A stretch of 53,414 bases of DNA, the filler included, from Jimgerdemannia flammicorona (Eukaryota), in assembly GCA_003990765.1 (NCBI GenBank). It is 3 parts of 3 records of this genome, joined end to end, with 100 filler letters (N's around TTAATTAATTAA, not from the genome) between each part and the next. Parts side by side here need not be neighbours in the genome. Positions count along the whole stretch, not along the records: positions 35,679 to 53,414 come from RBNJ01002430.1; 2 more parts are not named here. One strand, given 5' to 3'. The position numbers were made by a program, and so were the translations under genes. Below the pieces are notes generated by a model. It was not told where the DNA came from and did not search any database. It saw only the letters and a program-made list of their open reading frames with translations. Numbering within the stretch: position 1 is the first letter of the stretch; each line of letters begins with the position of its first letter. Positions 49,174 through 53,414 of this stretch are shown here, in pieces.

Positions 49174-50530
49174 TTTTATTTAATAGACTTAGAGTTCTGA
49201 AGATTTTTATTGAAAGAGAACCTAGACTATATAGGCCAAAACTCTCCCCTACTACCTACTGAGCACTACTCTCTTATTCTATACTTATACATAGTTATAT
49301 ATATATTCTACTAAGCTATATTCTTTTAGAATATTTAATATATAATAGATCTAGATAATATAGTTTTTATTATCAAAGATTTAATATAGATCTTTAACTA
49401 TATTTACTATTATAGAAGTATATATATATCTAGACTATATAGGCCAAAACCCTCTCCCACTACCCATCAAGCACTGCCCCCCTATTAACCTAGGCTAGCT
49501 ATTGTCCAGCAGCTCAACTATACCAAGTGCAGCAGGGCCTATATTGGTCTGTACCTCATTCTGCACACCATACTCTCTCTACCACCAGAAGAAACTCAGC
49601 CATATACCAACAACTGAAAGCATATGTCCGAGAACCCAACATATGTACAAGACCACGTCTAAGCTAAATAGAATAGCCTCTGCCACCCCAAAGAGAATGA
49701 CAGGCTAAGAAAAAACCCTCATCAAAGTACAATATAGTGGATAGGGCCTGGTTCTCCTAGTTGAGGTAAGTAAAGAACTTACACATAAGGTGGGAGGAGA
49801 CCCCCAATACCCCACTACTCAAGCCTGCAGGCCTTGATCACATTGCTATATCAGCTCCTAGTTCCAGTTGAGTGTTCCCAAGACACTTGAAATGGGTAGC
49901 CTCAGGCCCCCTGACCCCCCCTGATGACTGGGACCCAACCTGCCAAATTATCAAAAGAAGCTAAGAGTGACACCTACCACCTAACTGTACTGTACCAATC
50001 AAAAGACCCCACCAAAGCAGTATCCACCCTAGTCCCAATGACTGCCCCCAGCCTGATACCCTACTGGTTCACCATTATCATCCTTCCTCCTATCTGTAAT
50101 GGCCATCTTCCCCCCCATCCCAACAACACCTAAAAAGCAGTCACCTATGCCAGAACCATGCTTGCTGGGAAGCTCGCCAAAGCCAGAGGGCCCCACTACA
50201 GATACTGAGGACCTGTAGGTAACCTACACTAAGCACTTGATACCCAAAGTCAGCTGACTCTCTATATAGCCTGAGATATACCAAGACAGTACCTTATTAG
50301 CAATGGCAAAAGGAAAAAGGCATCGCACCAAAATAGATACACTCCAGATATAGCTGAAGGTATCAGAAACTATGAAAAAATAGAGAAGACACTGATCTGA
50401 TACCAATAAAGAGGCAACTTGTCACCATTGCCTCCCTCCTACTGTCCTGCAATAGATATAGCAAACCAACTCAAGGTAGAGGGGGTAATAATTGTAAAAA
50501 GTAGACTCAGAAGGTTGCCTACCAAACCAT
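49102..50530 (-). mobile_element. Second poly(A)-tailed family copy, with a ~65-bp segment duplicated around an AT-rich insert; 5' boundary approximate
   Basis: Poly(T) tail on +; homology to 17855-18567; CTAGACTATATAGGCCAAAAC occurs at ~49222 and ~49430. Confidence 0.7.
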
Positions 50531-50578
50531 TGTGACTAGTAAGGTAGTAGAGAAAGAGGTATATATATATAATATATT

Positions 50579-52894
50579 AATGGCACCTGGGGAGAGTGGG
50601 TTGCCTTGAGACTTCTGAAAGAAGATGGTGAAGGTCCCTGAAGTATTAGGAGAGATGGCTGCCCTCTGTGACTATGTTCTTCTGAATGGTGAGTGGGTGG
50701 GTGAGCAAGACCTGGGGCTGGTGGCCTTATTGTTTAAAGACAAGGGTAGAAGGGAGGAATGGAAGAACTGAAGGCTGATCATGCTTCTGGACATGGACAG
50801 GAAGTTGGTTACTAAGGTGATTGTTACAAGGCTACAGAAGGTTGCTCAACAGGTGCTAGGTGAGGAGCAGAGGGGCTTTGTAGAAGGGAGACTCATCAGG
50901 GATGGGACTGCCTGGGTACATAGCATCATAGAAGGGGCCCAGGCATGTAGACTAGATGGTAGGCTGGTATTTCTAGACCAGGAGAAGGCCTATGACCATA
51001 TTTGGCAGGTATGACTAGGCAAGGTGCTGGATAGAATTGGTATTCCACAACAGTTTAGGGCTTCTATATTGAAGTTATTGGAGGGCAGTAGAGCAGCGCT
51101 AATGTGCAATGGTCATAGGGGTTTGGCATTTCCCTTAAGAAGAGGAGTTCCTCAGAGTAACCCGCTGTCCCCTATTCTTTATGTGCTTTCACTGGAACCT
51201 TTGATGGATAGGATCCAGAGGAAGGTGGCAGGGCTCTCTATATGGTATAGTGTAGAAGGTGGGGGCCTTTGCTGATGATATGGTAGTTGAACTTGGATCA
51301 GTAGCAGATATAGAGGTGCTTAAAGAAACAGTGGAATAGTATGAGGTGCACTCTGGAGTGAAACTCAACTAGCATAAGTGTGAGACAATGGTGTTGGGGA
51401 ATGAGCTAGTAGGAGGGGATGTCATTGGAACAATTGTCCCCACAGGAGAGGTAGTGCAGTACCTTGGTATCTTTCTTTCTGTATATGGGTCTGTCTTACC
51501 ATGAGTATGGTGGGAGAGGAGGTTGGCTATTTGGAGGAAAGCTCTTCAAGGTTGGGAAGGTCATCACATCTCCCTGGCGGGGAGGGTTTCGATATTGAAT
51601 ATTTACTGATTCCCCAAGCTATAGTATGTGGCATATCACTTAGACTTTCCTGCCTGAGTGGTGAAGAGGCTGATGAAACTGGCTAGGGATTGGATTTGAG
51701 CAGTAGAAGGTCCCAGATCAGTTGGAATACTCTGGTGGAGCTGGGAATTAGGGGAGGCCTAGGTCTGGTAGATTTCCCTAAGTGGCTACACTGTCTGCAT
51801 GCCTGGTGGTTGAGAAGGGTGGTGGAGCTGCAGGGAGGAGGTTGGGTACCATTGATGCAGAAGGTGTGGGAGAAGAGATTCTCCTCTCAAGAGTCCTCAG
51901 GCAATTTGCTCTCTCTGGTGGGTTTGAATGGAAGCCGCCAGATGAGGTATAGGGGCTTCTGGTGGAGAGTGGTGGATGGAGTACACCAGATAGGCCTGTG
52001 CTGGTGTAGTAATGAGGGGGGAGGTAGTGTGGGGCCCTGCTATGTGGCAATGGGACTGACTGCTTCTAGGGGGGTCTCTACTTACTGATTTTGACATTGG
52101 CAATGGAGTGGAGTGTTAGCAGGGACTTGGCCAGGACCTTTGGCTGAAGAGCTGGCAGACAGTAGGGATTGGTGAGGAGTGAAACTGGGCAGAAATCTGG
52201 TCCTGGAGTGCTGAGGTGCGGAGATAGCTCTCTCTCAAGTTCTGGATAGTTTGGTAGAGAATGCTATAAAGGAATGTTATGTTGAATTTCTGTGCTGAGC
52301 ATCTGATGGTTAGTGGTCAACTGGATTGTGAGGAGTATTATAATATAGGGTATGCTGGGGGAGTTGTGCAGATGTCAGAATATTGGCTGGGAGAATGTAA
52401 GGTGTTGAGAAACTTTTGGATAGCTATAGGGGACCAGCTGGATGTAGGAAGGAGGCCAGATAGTGAGGGGGGTCACTGGGAGAATTTGAGATCTAGACTA
52501 GTGGGAGGTGTAGACAATGAGTGGCTCATGGTAGAGTGGGTTATAGTAGTGTGGGTTGGTTTAGCTGGGCATTGACTATTCGTTTTTGAGGAAAAGCAAC
52601 AATTAGGGATACAGGAGAAGTTGTTGAGGTGGGAGGCTTTGGTGGAAGATCTAATGACTGGGTGGTGGATTGGTTGGGGTCTCCAGGGTGGGTGATGTCA
52701 TTGGCTGGTAGAGGAGATCTGTAAACAGAGTAGTGGGTGGGTGGCAATGGTGGGTGACAAAGTGGTCTTTTGTTAAGAAGAGATGGGGGGAGGGGGACCC
52801 CCTAGGGAGATCAGATAGGAGTAGGGCACTGTGTATTAGATAGAGGATAGACAGGAGTATTAATAAAAGATGGAGTCCAAGTGATTATAAAAAA
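50579..52894 (+). mobile_element. LINE copy F, 5'-truncated (RT to 3' end)
   Basis: EQRGFVEGRLIRDG, LVFLDQEKAYD, GVPQSNPLSP, FADD, YLGI, GGLGLVDF, CEEY...WLGECK, 3' GTGATTATAAAAAA. Confidence 0.9.
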
Positions 52895-53414
52895 TATATA
52901 TATATATAATATATTTGAGTTATCTATATTTAATATCTTTTTAGTATATATAATAGTATATATTAAAGAGATATTTTTGTTATTATTATTAGCTACTTAA
53001 ATACTAGTAGAACTCATAATCTTTATTATAAAATAACTAAATAGAGAAAAAAAAGAATAATTATTTATTAAATTAAATAAGTTATATTTTTATATATTAA
53101 GATTAATAATATTAAGTTATATAAGTTATATACTTATATATTGAGTTATATATAAAAAAACTAGAATTTTAACAAAGTAATTATTTTATTTAGTTTTAGT
53201 TTTTATTTTCTTTTTAAATAATTTAAACTTACTTAATAATTTAAATAAAAAAAATTTAAAAAAATTTTAAAAAAAAAAAAATAATAATAATTTAGTTTTA
53301 ATATTTCTTTTTCTTATTTAATTTATTTTCTTGACTTTATTTTTATAAGTTTTAATAATATTTAAATAATATTTAGATAATTTTTATTCTATTTTTTTTT
53401 TTTTTTTAACTTTT
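52895..53414. repeat. AT-rich low-complexity tail
   Basis: Nearly pure A/T with no recognisable coding motif. Confidence 0.6.

Overview
This is eukaryotic DNA, fungal by gene content, and most consistent with an early-diverging Mucoromycota-type genome (inference). It consists of three segments joined by artificial 100-nt N44-TTAATTAATTAA-N44 spacers (17741-17840, 35579-35678). The middle segment holds a compact, CpG-containing gene island: a secreted GH89 alpha-N-acetylglucosaminidase, a small Cys-rich membrane protein, cytosolic aspartyl-tRNA synthetase, an F-box protein, a SAP30-like protein and Sfi1. Both flanks are nests of decayed retroelements with heavy C>T/G>A mutation: six copies of an L1/Tx1-like LINE family, a second poly(A)-tailed family, and at least three LTR families. 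The most notable result comes from two sister Ty3/gypsy copies sharing LTR, PBS and 5'UTR. Together they reconstruct a complex element: LTR-PBS-gag-CCHC-dUTPase-protease-RT-RNaseH-integrase-chromodomain-extra ORF-PPT-LTR. The dUTPase sits in the betaretrovirus-like position. The extra ORF is not env-like and has a nearly intact 272-codon homologue in another element, apparently just inside an LTR start with its own TATA box. All calls come from manual reading and translation; no searches were run.
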